Part shown: piece by piece, positions 49,451 to 63,360 of the stretch
How the letters are laid out: every line of letters starts with the position of its first letter
Position numbering within the stretch: position 1 is the first letter of the stretch
From: Camelus dromedarius
Lineage: Eukaryota
Direction of reading: 5' to 3'
Assembly: GCF_036321535.1 (NCBI RefSeq)
Contig: NC_087437.1
Coordinates: forward strand, 45,510,001-45,574,000
Length of the DNA stretch: 64,000 nt
Translations under genes and position numbers: made by a program
The notes under the pieces: model-generated
Databases searched by the model: none
Seen by the model: the letters and a program-made list of their open reading frames with translations, nothing else
What the model was told of the DNA's origin: nothing

Positions 49451-51049
49451 TGATAAAAATAAGACAGAGGTAAGAGTTAGGGACATTTCAGGACTGAATG
49501 GCCAGTGAGTTGGAACCAGAAGGGTGACAGGACACAGAATGGAGATGATAAGGGTGAGTCTAGTGCTTAAGACTTTCATGAACGGCATCTGGGTGTTCAT
49601 GGATGACAGTGATGCAGAGACCAGAGAGTACGATCAGACGCATGAGACTTGCAGGGCTCAGGTTTTTCACCTGAGTGTGGAGTAATGGTGTGCACAGCAA
49701 TGCACAGTGAAGATTAGCCAATCTGCATCTCAACCTAGAAACACTCAGCTGGCCTTGAAAAAAGTGTTTTGGACACATGAAACTCCACAAGGCCCTGTTT
49801 CATCACAAGCTATTTATTATATATTCAACTTCAGAACTTATGTAACACTGAAAATTTTTTACATATTTTTATACCAGGAAAATTATATATATGTACATGC
49901 TTACTCCTTAAATATTTCATTAAAAAACTCCCACACATCTTAATGCTCCAAATAAGAACAGTTATGATTGGATGTCCTTACTGTTAATCATCTAGATTTT
50001 GAAAGGGATGATCACACTAGCTCCACCTTATGGAAGTAATTACTGAAAACCTGAATAATAAACAACTCTATCTTTTAACTGATTTCTATCTCTTAGAGTT
50101 CCGAATATGCCTCCCTGCTTTCCAAAACACTCAATTCATTCATTAGATCCTGGCAAATAAAATGGCATTTCCCCTGGTCTTAGCAGGTTTCCTTAAAAAT
50201 ATTCTGATCCCGTGAATGGGATTCATCATAGCAGTTTAGTCCACTGAGTAAGAATGCATCTTTGAAATGATAAAAATCTCAACTTTCTAACCTTTCACAC
50301 AGATTTATTTATCTTTTCTGGGACTAGCACCCACTCGTCTTTCAATCAAAATCTTTCGAATAGAATTTTATGTTTTAACTTTAGATGTTCCATGTTATTA
50401 ACTAAGTGTTTTATATTTCCTGTTCAGGAGTTGACCTTTCCACACTACATTTTTTAACCATGATCTTCATAAACAAAATTTTTAACTAAATTTGCTTCTT
50501 TTATGTTTGCATAAGGTAAAAAATTGTTAAGGTCACAGATTTTCCTTCAGAATCTCAGATAAAAACAAAAATTAACTCACATACATCAAAACAAAGTTTA
50601 TAGGTGCAACTGACAACATATGAGTGAATTATTTTTCCCACCACACCCCGATGGCAAGAGGAGATAGGCATTTGGATTGGGAAGTTCCAAAAATAGAGAG
50701 AAAGAAACTCTAATACCTCACATCAATTTCTTCCACAGTTCCCAAGACAAAAGGTCCCACAGCTAAACACAGGAGAGTTTACTTGGATAAAGAATTTGCT
50801 CTCCACACATTTCTAAAACCCTCACTGTCAAATAATCATAGGCACATGTGAAAACCAACGGTGACTCCATACTGTAGTCTGAACCTAAATTAGGATCTTT
50901 TAAAACAAACAGCAAGAGTAGACATGCTAGGATTCCAAGAGGCCCAGACATACGTCAGGCAGTACCTCTGCCATCCTTCACGGTTGCCTACCTCTAATTC
51001 CACCCTAGCCCCTACCCCTTGGCTTGTCCCTTGCTATTAGATCTCTGTG

Positions 51050-51512
51050 TCATGCAGCCATGTGCCTAGCCCTAGGGGAGACAATGACTGCAGCTTCTCT
51101 TGCAATTAGAGGTGCCCCAAGATGCACCTAGAGACAATGAGGCATAAATAACAGTTTTCTTGAGGAGTGCAGTAAATATTTGCTTTCCTAGTGAGAGGGG
51201 TTAGATTGGCTGAACTTCCTCTTTCTTCTGTCAAGATGAACATAATAGCCGGCACGCAAGCAGCCATCTTGTGGTCAAGAGGCAAAAAGTATAAAAAGTA
51301 GGATCACAGAAGGACAGAACATTCTTGCACAGTCAGATGGCAGAGCAGAGGAGGAGAAAGCATGCTGGTCTCTTATGATAACTTGAACAACTGAACCAAT
51401 ACCGTAAAAACCTCATCTCTGGATGTTTTATGAGAAAAATAAATGTCTACTGATACAGGTCCATTGGTGGGTTTTCTATTATTTGAAGTTAAATGTCTTC
51501 ACAAGTGATACA
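51050..51512 (+). mobile_element. Old MaLR LTR (MLT1J/K-like)
   Basis: CTCTTGCAATTAG, GCAGCCATCTTG, GGCAGAGCAG, TGAGAAAAATAAATG, terminal TGATACA. Confidence 0.55.
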
Positions 51513-54000
51513 ACTTTTATTATTTTTCTCACATTGGTCACCTTGATTTTAGCATTTTGCTTTTTTTTTTTTTCTTCTAGTTTTTTTTTCAACTGTCTGA
51601 GCAGATACAGACCTTTCCCCATCCAACACTCTTTGGAGAGTGGCACTGAGGATGGGTTCCTCCACCTTAGGGCTGTTCTATATTGACAATAATGTAAAAT
51701 ATATCCTTCAGGGAAAGGTACACACAAATATCTGACAGCTTATTAAAGACAATAATTAACAGAACCATTATAAATGTGTATTTTTTCCAAGAGAGAAGAA
51801 ACACCATTATCTGTAAGTTCAGAGTTAGGAACCTCAGTTTTCTGAAGGAGACTTTGATCAAAGAAGTAAGAGCAATCTCTCCCTCAATGGGGTCCAGAGA
51901 GAGACCCATATCCTCAAGGGGGATTGGCTTCATGAAGGCAGGTGGTAAAAAGCAACATTCAGAGGTTCCAGAGACTCTGCAGACATGTGGAGCAAAGGGA
52001 GATGCACAGGGGAACACTGACAGCAGAGCATCGTGGAGCAGGACTCCTTCAGCTCAGATCAGGGTGTGATTCAAACGCTTTACAGGCTTCCGGGAAAGCA
52101 TCTGAGGTCTCAGGGCTTTGCAAGCCTGTACACAGTGTGCTCTGGGGCATGAACAGAGACCGCCCACTCTGCAGGAGTCATGAAAGCCCTGTGGGAAAAC
52201 CTTAAAGTGGAATAGGATTCTCTCTCTTGTGTCCCCCAGTGCCTAGTAAACATGCAGTCACTGTGGTAAACTGAAATGAACTTTCTTTAGAGACAATACC
52301 CTTCAAGTTTAACTGTTTATATTGCACATGTATGTCAACTTCACCAGGGTGAAACAGCTTTATGAGTGCTATGACCTAGTTTTGCTTTTTCCCCACCAGG
52401 GAGCTGCCTAGGTAGCACATCTACCACTAAGATTGAGAAGCAGCTCCACTCAGATCAGTATCTTAAATATCTTCATTAATTAACTTGTTTATTCATTCAT
52501 TTTAGCCTTTTTTAGGTTCTTAAGTATATATAAGCAAAGAAGAAAATAGAAGGGAACACGATCCTACCATCTAGATAGCGATGGAGAAGATTCAAGCAGT
52601 AGACAAGGGTATAAAATGAAATCACAAACTTTCCTCCCTCTCTCAGCTCTCCCACTAAGATTAACAGCTTACTATGTTTGTAACCAGACCACCCTCACCC
52701 TTCCCCCCAAATAGCAATGATTTGCTGTACATCTAGTTAGTTTCTTTAGTTTTACCTAAAGAATGCCAATTTGTTCATCAGCTTTCTAAAGTATACATGC
52801 ACCCTCCACCAATAACTCCAGATACAAGCATTCCAAGACCTCATTGGACCATACAACAACCCCAAATTGCCCGTGTCCTTGAAACTTCCATTAAACAAGG
52901 TGATTTTTGTTTAGAGGAGGTAAAATGTATTATCACCTTTGCATGATCTTAATTTCTTTGCTTACATCAAGCAAGACATGAAGTGATTACAGATTTGAGC
53001 TGATTTATTGCCTTAACCATTCTAAATCACCTAACCAAACTAATCATCTTTACTTGGATGCTTTGTAATCTCATGAGGCCAACATTTATCTTAGTGCTAA
53101 AGGAAATCGTTATTTTATCTATCTTGTTTTTACTAAAATAGTGTTTTGGACACTACCCACCAAATCACTCAGCATTCCCCACATAAAGAACTGAGTGAGA
53201 AACATATTTTCTAACTTATTGCTGGGAGAAGCATGACTTCCCCTAAGCAAGTAGTAGGCATCCTATTTTTTGTTAACAAGACTTGTGTTACTGACTATAT
53301 TTTTCCAAATTTACTTCTAGGAAACCAAGAGCTAAATTTAAAGGTAATTTACAACAACCTGATAAATCCTTACTTCTTGCATATGCATGTTCTTTTTTTC
53401 TCCTGTCCTGACTTTCTACTTATATGTTTTCTCTGGACTTGCCTTTTTTTTAATTTCTGCACTAACATTATTTTATTTATATTCTTACTGCAAATGGCTT
53501 TAATCTCTCCATAAAATGCATAAATAAAGAAATAATAAATCAATTATATAAATCAGTAGACATGGATAAATGAATGATACAAACACTGATTCCCCACTGA
53601 AGTCTATTCTGAGTTTTCTATTTTCTTCCTTTCATCTGCCAATTCCCTACCTTCTCACTGCAGTAGAAATCAACTAAAAATCCCCAAGCTGAGAAAATAA
53701 GATTTATTTCACCCCATATAAGTAGCCCTGCTCAGAGTATATACACTCTACCTTCACAAATACAGTTCCCACCCCAAGAAGACATGGCTCTTGATAAAAT
53801 CAAGGAGAAACTTTTGGCAATTCAGCCAAAGCAGTGAGGTCAAGCCAAGAGAGTTAACAAACTGAAATTTAAGAGCGGGGCGCTGGGGCTGAGCCTGGTA
53901 GCTGACTCAGCCACAGCAGAGCTCCTACCCCGTGGACAAGGATCCAGCCGACCAGGTCAAGACAGAGATCAATTGGCAGGAAGAGGAACCCAGGCAGTGC

Positions 54001-54058
54001 GATGAGAAGGGATGGGCAGGCAGGGATGAGAAGGGATGGGCAGGCAGGGATGAGAAGG
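54001..54058. repeat. 24-bp minisatellite, 2.4 copies
   Basis: GATGAGAAGGGATGGGCAGGCAGG at 54001-54024 and 54025-54048, plus a partial copy at 54049-54058. Confidence 0.95.
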
Positions 54059-55044
54059 AGAATGAGGAAAATCTATTCAGGAGAAAATAACGAGCAGTGA
54101 CTGTACGATCACAGCCAAAATTAACTTAATTACAAAGCTCTGAGCTAGAAGCCAATTCCTAAACTTGTAAAATAGCACAACATAGTGAAAAGGCAGGTCT
54201 GGGTTTATTTCCCATTTACAAGATGAGAGACACTGAATCTGCCTCAACCTTTCTGATCTCGTTACCTTATCTGTAAAAAAAAAAAAGTAAATAACAATAA
54301 TACATATTTACAGTTTTATAAGGCTTTTATATACATATGATACACATATCATTCATTCATTTATCCATTCATTCACTTATGAATGACATAGCCAAGGGTA
54401 ATTTTTGTTGCTACTTCTCACTCCTAGTAGTATTAATGGGCTTGAATTTGTAGTAGAAAAATTAAAAGTGCTTGTTTTGAACTGGGTAAGAGGGTTGAAT
54501 CTACTGTCTGTCCTTTAGAGTTATTTTGCTGCTCATTCTACAATTGTCTTTGTTAGTAAATGTCTATTTACCTTAATTTAGCTATATTAAAATCCAATAA
54601 ATAATCCCTGACAAAGAAGGCTATACTTTTCATATGATGGAAAAAATAGAGAAGGAAACCTTGTGCTTGATATGAATGAAAAGAAGAAATATTCCCTCCA
54701 AAACATTTTCTTCTAATGTTGCCCAAATTAGCCACTCACAAAATTTATATAGACTTAGCTCAATTCATTGGGTTGAGATTCTGTGAGGTTGAGACTAAGG
54801 CAACAGGGTTACCAAGACCCAGGAAGAGCCAAACTCAAATAGAGTAGAAAGGATTTCAAAATCCAAAATCCAAGAAGTTTCTGAGGCAAGTCTGGAAGTC
54901 TAGAATAAAAGATAGAGATCAAACAAAAATTTAAATGTTGACGGATCTAAAAAAGTGTGCTCAGTTGAAATCTACACTAAAAGTTGTGACAATTTGCTTG
55001 TATGTCTAGGTATATCTTCTGGGTGGGTAGGCTTTGCTTTAGCT

Positions 55045-56085
55045 AAAATAGAGTTAAAATTAAAAGGTATGAAATAAATATGTTTTTATGAGTAAAGACT
55101 CAATACATGTAGTCTTTAAATACTATTGTCTTGATAGTAGCCAGGACTTTTGAAGAAATGATTGCTTCCAGACCTCGGGAAGGAAATGCATAATACTGAA
55201 CATGGATCATGTTGTTATACCTGAAATCAAGGAAGCTATAAAAGACTTTTAGGGCAAATCAAAAGGACTCAGAGGTAGGCTGCCATTGGCAGAAGATATG
55301 AAAATTTGAAAATGCCCATAAAAATATTAATTACAATGCATTGATATACATCAAATATATATAATTTGGTGGCTGTGACAACCAATGTCCCCTAACATCC
55401 CAAAAGAGAGAGAACCAGTCATTGTGTCACACATCCTGATGGAAGTACACAGTACCACCTATGAAGTAGTTTTCCCCAAAAATATCAAACCTGAATCTGG
55501 CCAAAACTGTAGGTCTAATTACTAATTTAAAGAAAATACAAATGCCAAAGAAATGTTTAAACACACCACAGAGACGCAATCCACAAAATCCAAACTGTGG
55601 GAAATCTCTAGCGCAAATGACTTGGTTTCTTCAACAAATAAATTGATGGAAATAAAGGAGTGGGAGAAAAATTACATATTAAAAAGATATGAAATATAAC
55701 CACCACTACAATTTAGAGATCTGACTTCAATTTAATTGAACAAACAAACTGTAAAAGAAATGAGATAAAGAAGCTGGAACATTGACTATTACTTCATGAT
55801 TGGAAGAAACATTTCAGTTGTGGTTATGGTATTATATTGTTTTCCCCAATATTCATATAAAATGACATGATGTCTAGAATTTGTCTCAAAACATTCTAGA
55901 GGGAAAGAGGAAGAGGTTGGGAGTACACATAGAACAAGACTGGTCATGAGGTCAAAACGGCTAGAACTGAGTGATGGCTACACGAGAGTTAATGATACAA
56001 TAGCCACTTTTACACATGAGAGTTAATGATACAATAGCCACTTTTACAAGTGTTTGAAAATTTCCACAATGAACGTTAAAACCAA
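55045..56085 (+). mobile_element. Old L1 3' UTR (L1MC-like)
   Basis: CCTGATGGAAGTACACAGTACCACCTATGAAGTA, AAAATCCAAACTGTGGGAAA, TGGTTTCTTCAACAAATAAATTG, ATGACATGATGTCTAGAATTTG, TGTTTGAAAATTTCCACAAT. Confidence 0.7.
55981..56048. repeat. 34-bp tandem duplication
   Basis: CA(C/T)GAGAGTTAATGATACAATAGCCACTTTTACA at 55981-56014 and 56015-56048. Confidence 0.95.
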
Positions 56086-57339
56086 AAAGAACATACATAA
56101 AATATTCTATTGAAGTAATCATAGATCAATAATAACTGAAAATTGAATTCTTAAAAGTAGTTATTTTGCTGTAATGTGCCATACATGTAATTATTTCTCA
56201 CTTGAAAGGTACCTTTTAGAACTTAGACCACCAAAACTGGGTGGAAGTATATTTTTAAGAATTAAATACCTAAATCTCTATAGCATTTATTCTAGTTTCC
56301 TACACATTAGAAGTTTTGTTTTTGTTTTTGTTTTTGTTTTTTACTTTCAGTTCACATTAGTAGGATGTTGGAAAAAGACAATCAAAAGAATTCAGAATGG
56401 CCCTGTGATCTGAACATATCTGAACAATTCTCTTGGTGAAGAGAATTAAATGAAATGAAAGTAAAATTAAAAATTATTTTCTTGCCAGGTCATTACCAGA
56501 AAAAAAGAGATGTGAGACTAATCAGAGATAATGGCAAGAAACCAAGAACTCTAAAGAGTAGGTGTTAAAGGAGGTCTGAGATAAAGCTGAAATAACTTTA
56601 GTAATTTATGTAGATGATACAATGAAGCTAAGAATAGGAAATGCATGTAATAGAGTCAGGTTAATTAGAAGGAGGGAAAATGACTTCAGAAGAGCACACT
56701 GAGTTCAAAACTGGAAGCAAAACTAAAGAAGGGAGAAACGTAGACATTTAAAGAGGAGAAAATTCTGAGGAAAAAAAAACAAATGTTAAGGGTATTGGAA
56801 ATTTTGAAAGATAAGGAAAAGAAAAATGCCAAGCTGTCCTGGAAATACAAAGGTTTGAAGGATTGATCATGGGCAGACAGCACCTATTTCTGAACTCTTC
56901 TGGCCAGGGGTGAGTTAAAGGGCTGAAATGCCATTGTGTGAAAGACTAAATGACCTCTCTGCAGTCAAGACACATTTCAAAAACTCCTCAGTTCCTCCAC
57001 GGCAGCACGGACTCCACCAATGGAGGATAATAATTCTACAAAACATAATCCAATCACCTCCTGAACCTTCAAATTGCATGTTGCAGTTAATAGAAGTATT
57101 GATTCAATTGTCAGAGTCACTATGCAATTTTTATTGTACAGAAGCACGAAGGGTCAGAGAAGTCTAAGCTGAGCAAAAATGGATAATGCACAATTTTTCT
57201 TGATTGTGCAGTGATATAGGGAAAAATCACCCTGCTTCTTCCCCCAGCACACACATATGCACACACACAGACCCACTTACCCACAGGCACTAATCACAGA
57301 CTCAGCCCTATTTTCACCACATCTGTTTTAGACAGAGGC

Positions 57340-57525
57340 CACACAGTGCAGTGGCAAAGGGGACAGTCTGAATTCAGGCAAACCTCAATTCTTGTCCTTC
57401 CTCTGCCACCCACTAGTTATAGTATTGCAGTCCTAATCCTTAACCTCTCATCTACTCTATAGTTATAAGGATTAAATAAGGTAACAACTACAAAGTGCTT
57501 AGCCTGGATTCCAGCACATAATAAC
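57340..57525 (+). mobile_element. MIR SINE
   Basis: CTCTGCCACCCACTAG...CCTTAACCTCTC...GTTATAAGGATTAAATAAG...AAAGTGCTTAGC. Confidence 0.55.
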
Positions 57526-59216
57526 TTGTGGTGGTTGGTATTGTTCTCAGGCTGCTGATAGAGAGAAGGAGCTTCTAATCAGACTCAGAAACATGGGAGA
57601 GGGTTGCTGGGAAATCCTGTGGGAGAGCAGCTACTGAAGCCAATAATCTGCATCTCAGCATCCTCCAACATCCCTATCGTGGTAACAGCAAGAATGCTGC
57701 ATGCATGGGGTGATCTCACTAGAGATGATGTTAACCACATGTTGGAAAGAAGTAGAGATTTGCCCATATGGAGTGATTCAGGAATCAACCCAGATGGTTC
57801 TCTCAGTCTGCCATGTTGCCAGAAATGCTCTCATCAAGGATAAATCCCTTTGGGGAAAAGATCATGAACTTCTCCAAAGTATGGATTATACTGTAACTTA
57901 AGTATTTACTGTTAATCCCCAGCACCCAGCACAATGTCAGACAAAGAGCAGAATTTTTTGTCTGACAAAAAAATTGTTCTTAAAATTTCATTGGATAAGT
58001 ACATTTCATGTACATACCATACATCTGACACTGTGCAAGGCTCTGGGGAGACAACGGTGAATAAAATGGTTGGAGATGCTATCCTTACAAAGAGTATGAC
58101 CTAATGAGTAAACGAATGAATTCATTACTGAAGTCACGATTAAAATGTTCTGAAATTTGGATCATGTGGCCTCCCACTTTTGTTAATGCTTCACAGAATA
58201 TAATCGATAAACCTGCTGCTGTAGTTTATAATAATTGTATTCACTACTTTAAAACACATAGTGAATAAGTATGCTAAGTCAAAAGACCACAAATTCATTT
58301 TTCTTGAAATGCATTAAAGAATGTCTAACACTCTCCTTCTCCCATTCCAGTCTTATTCCATTCAGATGACAGCTTCACCAGATGAGCCTAATGTAATCCT
58401 TTTTAGATGTTCTTCAGGAACATTCTTCAATTTTAAGATATGGTCTTCTCCAGTTATATTTATGACCGAGTCATCTCAGCTGAACTGAGAAAAAAGGGAA
58501 CGGTGGGCTTAGGTAGAGATAATAAAAAAATCGTACTGAAACATAAATAGGGGTGTTACCTCCCCCAAAACCATTAAAAGAATTAAAGTCAAAAGAACAG
58601 GTCATCCTATAGAGAATAATTTTAAAGCTAATTAAATAGATCAAAAGACAAAAGGGAGTCTTCAAAGGAAAACAAAGCATTGTTTAGAATGTTCCTTGGG
58701 TTAAATTCTATAGAGTTTGTGCCTTTCATCTGTAGCTATTTTATACCTCTGTAGAAATATTTAGTAATTTACAGAATACTGATGGCAATCCAAATAATTC
58801 TTGGTTATAGGCATGCAAATAAATTCTGTCCAGTGGAGGCTGAATTGACTTCTGTCTCCTACTGTTGAAGAAGCTAGTCTTGCTGCTACTAAGTAGATTT
58901 AAATCAGTCTTCCTGATGAACTTATATATTAGGTGGCCCTCTTTAGGTTCTCCTTTGTTCTGATTAGTTTTACTTTTTCCCAGTTCCTTCATTCATTGAT
59001 GGGTTAAATAAAATGTCTGATGTGTATTCATCTCATATTTGTATAAGAGTCATGATTATATCCTCTTTCAACATTTGTTCTTTATCAAGAGTGTGCAAAC
59101 CAAGTGAAAACATCTCTACTGTGGTCTTTATAACTCCTTCCTCTTAAGAAAAGTGAAGACTGAGACAAGCTGATCCACAAAAAGTGTTATTTGTTCTAAT
59201 AAAAGAATGCATTTCC

Positions 59217-60010
59217 AACCCTCCCACACTGTTGGTGGAAATGTAAATTGGCGCAGCCACTATGGAGGACAGTATGGAGGTTCCTTAAAAAACTAAAAAT
59301 AGACTTACCATATGATCCATCAATCCCATTCCTGGGCATATATCCAGAGAAAACCATAATTCAGTAAGACACATGCACCACAATGTTCATAGCAGCACTA
59401 TTTACAATAGCCAAGACATGGAAAGAACCTAAATGTCCACTGACAGATGACTGGATAAAGAAGATGAGGGATGGATATATATATACACACACACACATAT
59501 ACATACATACACACACACACACAATGGGATACTACTCAGCATAAAAAGGAATGAAATAATGCCATTTGCAGCAACATGGATGGATCTAGAGATTATCAAA
59601 TTAAGTGAAATAAGTCAGTCAGAGAAAGACAAATATCATATGATATCACTTACATGTGGAATCTAAAAAAAGGATGCAGACTTTATTTACAAACCAAAAT
59701 AGACTCACAAATATAGAAAACAAACTATGGTTACCAAAGAGGAAAGGGCAGGGGAGGGATAAATTAGGCATTTGGAATTAACAGTTACACATTACTATAT
59801 ATAAAATAGATAAACAGCAAGGACCCACTGTATAGCACATGGAACTATATCAATTTGTTGTAATAAACTAAATGGAAAAGAATCTGAAATATATATAATG
59901 TATGTATAACTGAATTGCTTTGCTGTTCACCTCAAACTAACACTGTAAATCAACTGCACTTCAATAAAAAATAAAATTTTAAAAAGTAAACATTAGCCAA
60001 CCAAACAAAA
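59217..60010 (+). mobile_element. 5'-truncated L1 (ORF2 end plus 3' UTR), cetartiodactyl type
   Basis: Homologous to 40700-41110 of the full-length L1 (GCAGCCACTATGGA, AGACTTACCATATGA, GTTCATAGCAGCACTATTTACAATAGCCAA). AATAAA and A tail present; TSD AATGCATTTCC at 59206-59216 and 60011-60021. Confidence 0.92.
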
Positions 60011-61149
60011 AATGCATTTCCTGTAGACATGGATTTGATAAAGCAACCACATGACCTCCCTGAAAGGAGTATGAAGGGCATTTCAAAAGTCTTAAAGGAG
60101 CTATGCCTTGCCTTTAGTGGAAAAATAATAATTATATTAGCCACAAACCATCACCACACATTCATTTCAGATGACTATGAGAAACTACAGATATATAAGC
60201 CAGTAGGTATTTATTACCATACAGATCTATTCAGAGATGTTGGTCCAGAGAAAGGAATCAAATTGTATTAGTTTACTGACAAAAATTTCCCCTCACCAAA
60301 GTTATACCCGTATCTAAGCAAACTTCCCTTACTTCTAGAAGTTACAGGACCCAAGTTTTTTTCAGTTCCTTTTCTGTCACATAATAAAGTCATTCTATAA
60401 ATGGAACAGCATTTCTCTCTTTAATATGTTCATAATATGTGATTTGCTAAATCTAAGATAATTTATGTTGCTGCTAAATTCCCATTACCACATCATTACT
60501 CTTGGGCTGATAATTGCAAAAACTGGACTTGGCTAATTGTTTGAGGCTGGCCACATGACAGGTGTGAGACAGTAACTGTATCCATAGAAAACAAAGTATG
60601 AAGAGGCCCTAAGACACATACTCCAGGTCCCTGGATGAAGTCAATATACTTGAGTCAGATAAAACTAAGATCAGACTTTTTAAACATGGACTTTTACAAA
60701 TATAAAGCATGCAATTCTCAGGCATTACTGTTGCAGGTCTGAAGATTTGAAATGGTATGAATAAAGAAATGGACATGACCACTATCTAGAAAGATGTGGA
60801 ATATGTCATTAGTTAACAACCATATTTTCTCATTATACTTAGCAGAAGCATAGCCTCACTAAAGGACTGCAAACAGCTAACTTCCATCTGCAATATATTC
60901 TTTGCCGATATAATAAATAATTTCACTAAGTGACCTCTAAGACAATTTCAGGCATTTAGAAAATGTATATTTTGAAGTACTTTGCAGTTTCTCATAAAAG
61001 TTCAAACCAATTAAACAAAACATTTAGAGGGTGGATTTTTAAAACACAACAACAAAAGAAACCCTTTGAACTTAAACCTACCCAGGAATAATTAAAATAA
61101 GATTTTCTTATTATTTAAATCATTTTTCTTCAATCGAGCACAAGTCAAG

Positions 61150-61510
61150 ATAAATCAGGGGAGATGTGAGCCCAGCATTAGATTGGGGGGGGATCTAAGG
61201 TATAAATTCCATCAAGTGTGGAAAAATATAGACTCAGAGCTCAAGAGAGATGTCAGGGCAGGAGATCTAAAACTGAACTCTGAAGCCATAAAAACAGGTA
61301 CATTCAAAATTGATGGCATTTTCGAAAGGGAAGTACATGAGAGTGAACACCGAAGGGAGCGTAAAATAAGAATGTGAAGAGAAGTGGACAAACCATCCAA
61401 GAAGACACAAAAGGACTGAGAAATAGGAAAAAAAACTCTGCAATCCTTCAAAGCCAAGAAAAAGAGTGGAGATTTCAGGACCATGGAGAGTGAAGGTCCA
61501 TGTGCCACTG
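61150..61510 (-). mobile_element. L2 fragment
   Basis: Purine-rich degenerate L2 motifs (GAGCTCAAGAGAGATGTCAGGGCAGGAGAT, AAGCCAAGAAAAGAG). Confidence 0.45.
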
Positions 61511-63214
61511 AAACCTTCAAACAAGTTCCCTAGAATGCGTGATCAGGGAGACCTCCCACTAGCAAATAAGATGTGTCACTCCAGCCTTCTCTTCCTAAAA
61601 GTTAAAAATAGTTATTCTGTATTTTCATTCAAAAACGATAGTAGGTAACAATTTTTTCTAATTTGGGCAAATATGTGTGAACACCTGCATTTTCCTATGG
61701 TACAAGATCAACCTGGGAACACCTAAAAAAGGTTTTCTCTCCTTTTTGTTCTTTTAAGGAGATTTCAATTTAAAAAAATAAGAAATTGAAATTAGTATTT
61801 AGAGTGCTGCTGGAACTATGTAGCTAGAATCATCCAGCTTGGTCTATGAAACAAGCCTAATGTATTTATATGTACTATATAAATGTATATAAATATTTTA
61901 AAGACTCCAGGTTCATTTATACCTAGTAAATAATGAAAGAAATCTGATCACATAACAAATGTTAAAAGAGCCAGAGATAATAAGTAAAACAAATTTTGGT
62001 GGTTGTTGGGGTTGGGGAGGGATAAGGGACAGATTTTAAAAAGCAAAACCCCAAAGGCTTCTTCCCCACAGTTCAGTGGAACAAGAGGTGGTTAGTGGTC
62101 CTGAATAAAATAAAATCCCCGAATTTAGTCAGGCTACCTGGAGACATTTACAGAGCATTATTTAAACAGACGACTGGTGCTTGTGCTACTTAGCTGCGGT
62201 TTATTCCCAAAATCTTCTACCCCTGGTCAGGCCACCATCTGATCCAAACAGTGCTACTCATAATGTTTCTCCAGGCAACTCCACAGCAGAGAGCTGAAAA
62301 TGAGATTCTCAGTTGAATAGTGTCCCCGTGATTTGATAAGTGACCTTTTGCATCTATCTGCACAGCATCTAGTAACATTTGCAGATGCCAAAGCGTGCCA
62401 AAAAGTCTTGACAAAGCTTCAGGTGCACACAGGTGCTTTTTCTTTTCCTTCGCTTTAAATCAGGGTGGAGGGGAGATGTAAGATATCATGGAGTGCCACC
62501 AGTACCACTGTGAGACTTAGAATATTTCCCAAATAGAAAAGGAACAAACTTCACTAGAGAAAGGATTCCTAAAGCCACTGCACTTGTTAAAAAGGCATTC
62601 AAGGAACTATAGGGAAAAATAACAAACTAGCACTCAATTCATTCTCAAATCTCTCTGAGGGATTAAAATAGTTAAAAGAAAGTTCCCTCACATCTTTAAC
62701 TACAGAACTATATATCTCATATCTAGTTTTTACAACCCATCACACAATTCTTATCACACTGAGAACACTGGCGGTCTGACTTTCCTTAAATTTGGCCACG
62801 TAAGAACCTGATGTTCCCGCGGTTCTAAGTCCAGCCCATGGGAATCCAAGAAGATGACACCTGTAACAAGATCTGACTGGGAGCCAAAGTTCTTTGGCCA
62901 AGACCAATATAGGAAGTGCATCGTGCAGAATTCTGCCTTATCGTGACACCCCTGTATGTGATCCTTAACAACAACAAGATTCCATCAGTATGAATACGAG
63001 ATGGCGTGCTATTATTTTAAAACACCAATATCATATTTGAATTTAAGACACTGCAGTGCTACAACACTGAGAGGAAAAAGCAAAACTGCGTGATACTCCC
63101 ACAGAGTAAATGTGAAATATCAGCACCGTATGATTCAAAGGCAAATATTGAGTATGGGTCTCCCCAACAGTCAAGCATCTTAGATTATTTCACACCAACA
63201 ATGCTTATGGTGTG

Positions 63215-63360
63215 TCTCAGCACTCCTTATGTGCAGAGGAGGAACTGTGGGCACAGAGAGCTTACATAACTTACTTAATGTTCAAGAGCTATTCCATGGC
63301 AAAGTCAGGATTGAAACCCACATAATCTGACTCGAGTCTGTATTTTTAACCTCCACCTTC
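63215..63360 (-). mobile_element. MIR SINE
   Basis: CAGAGGAGGAACTGTGGGCACAGAGAG...TAACTTACTTAATGTTC...CAGGATTGAAACCCA...TCTGACTC. Confidence 0.6.

Noticed and set aside
58330..58992. Minus-strand peptide-like frames (DDSVINITGEDHILKLK...; 83-aa MKELGKSK...)
   Set aside because: Bounded by in-frame stops, no consistent splice pair, no recognised homology.
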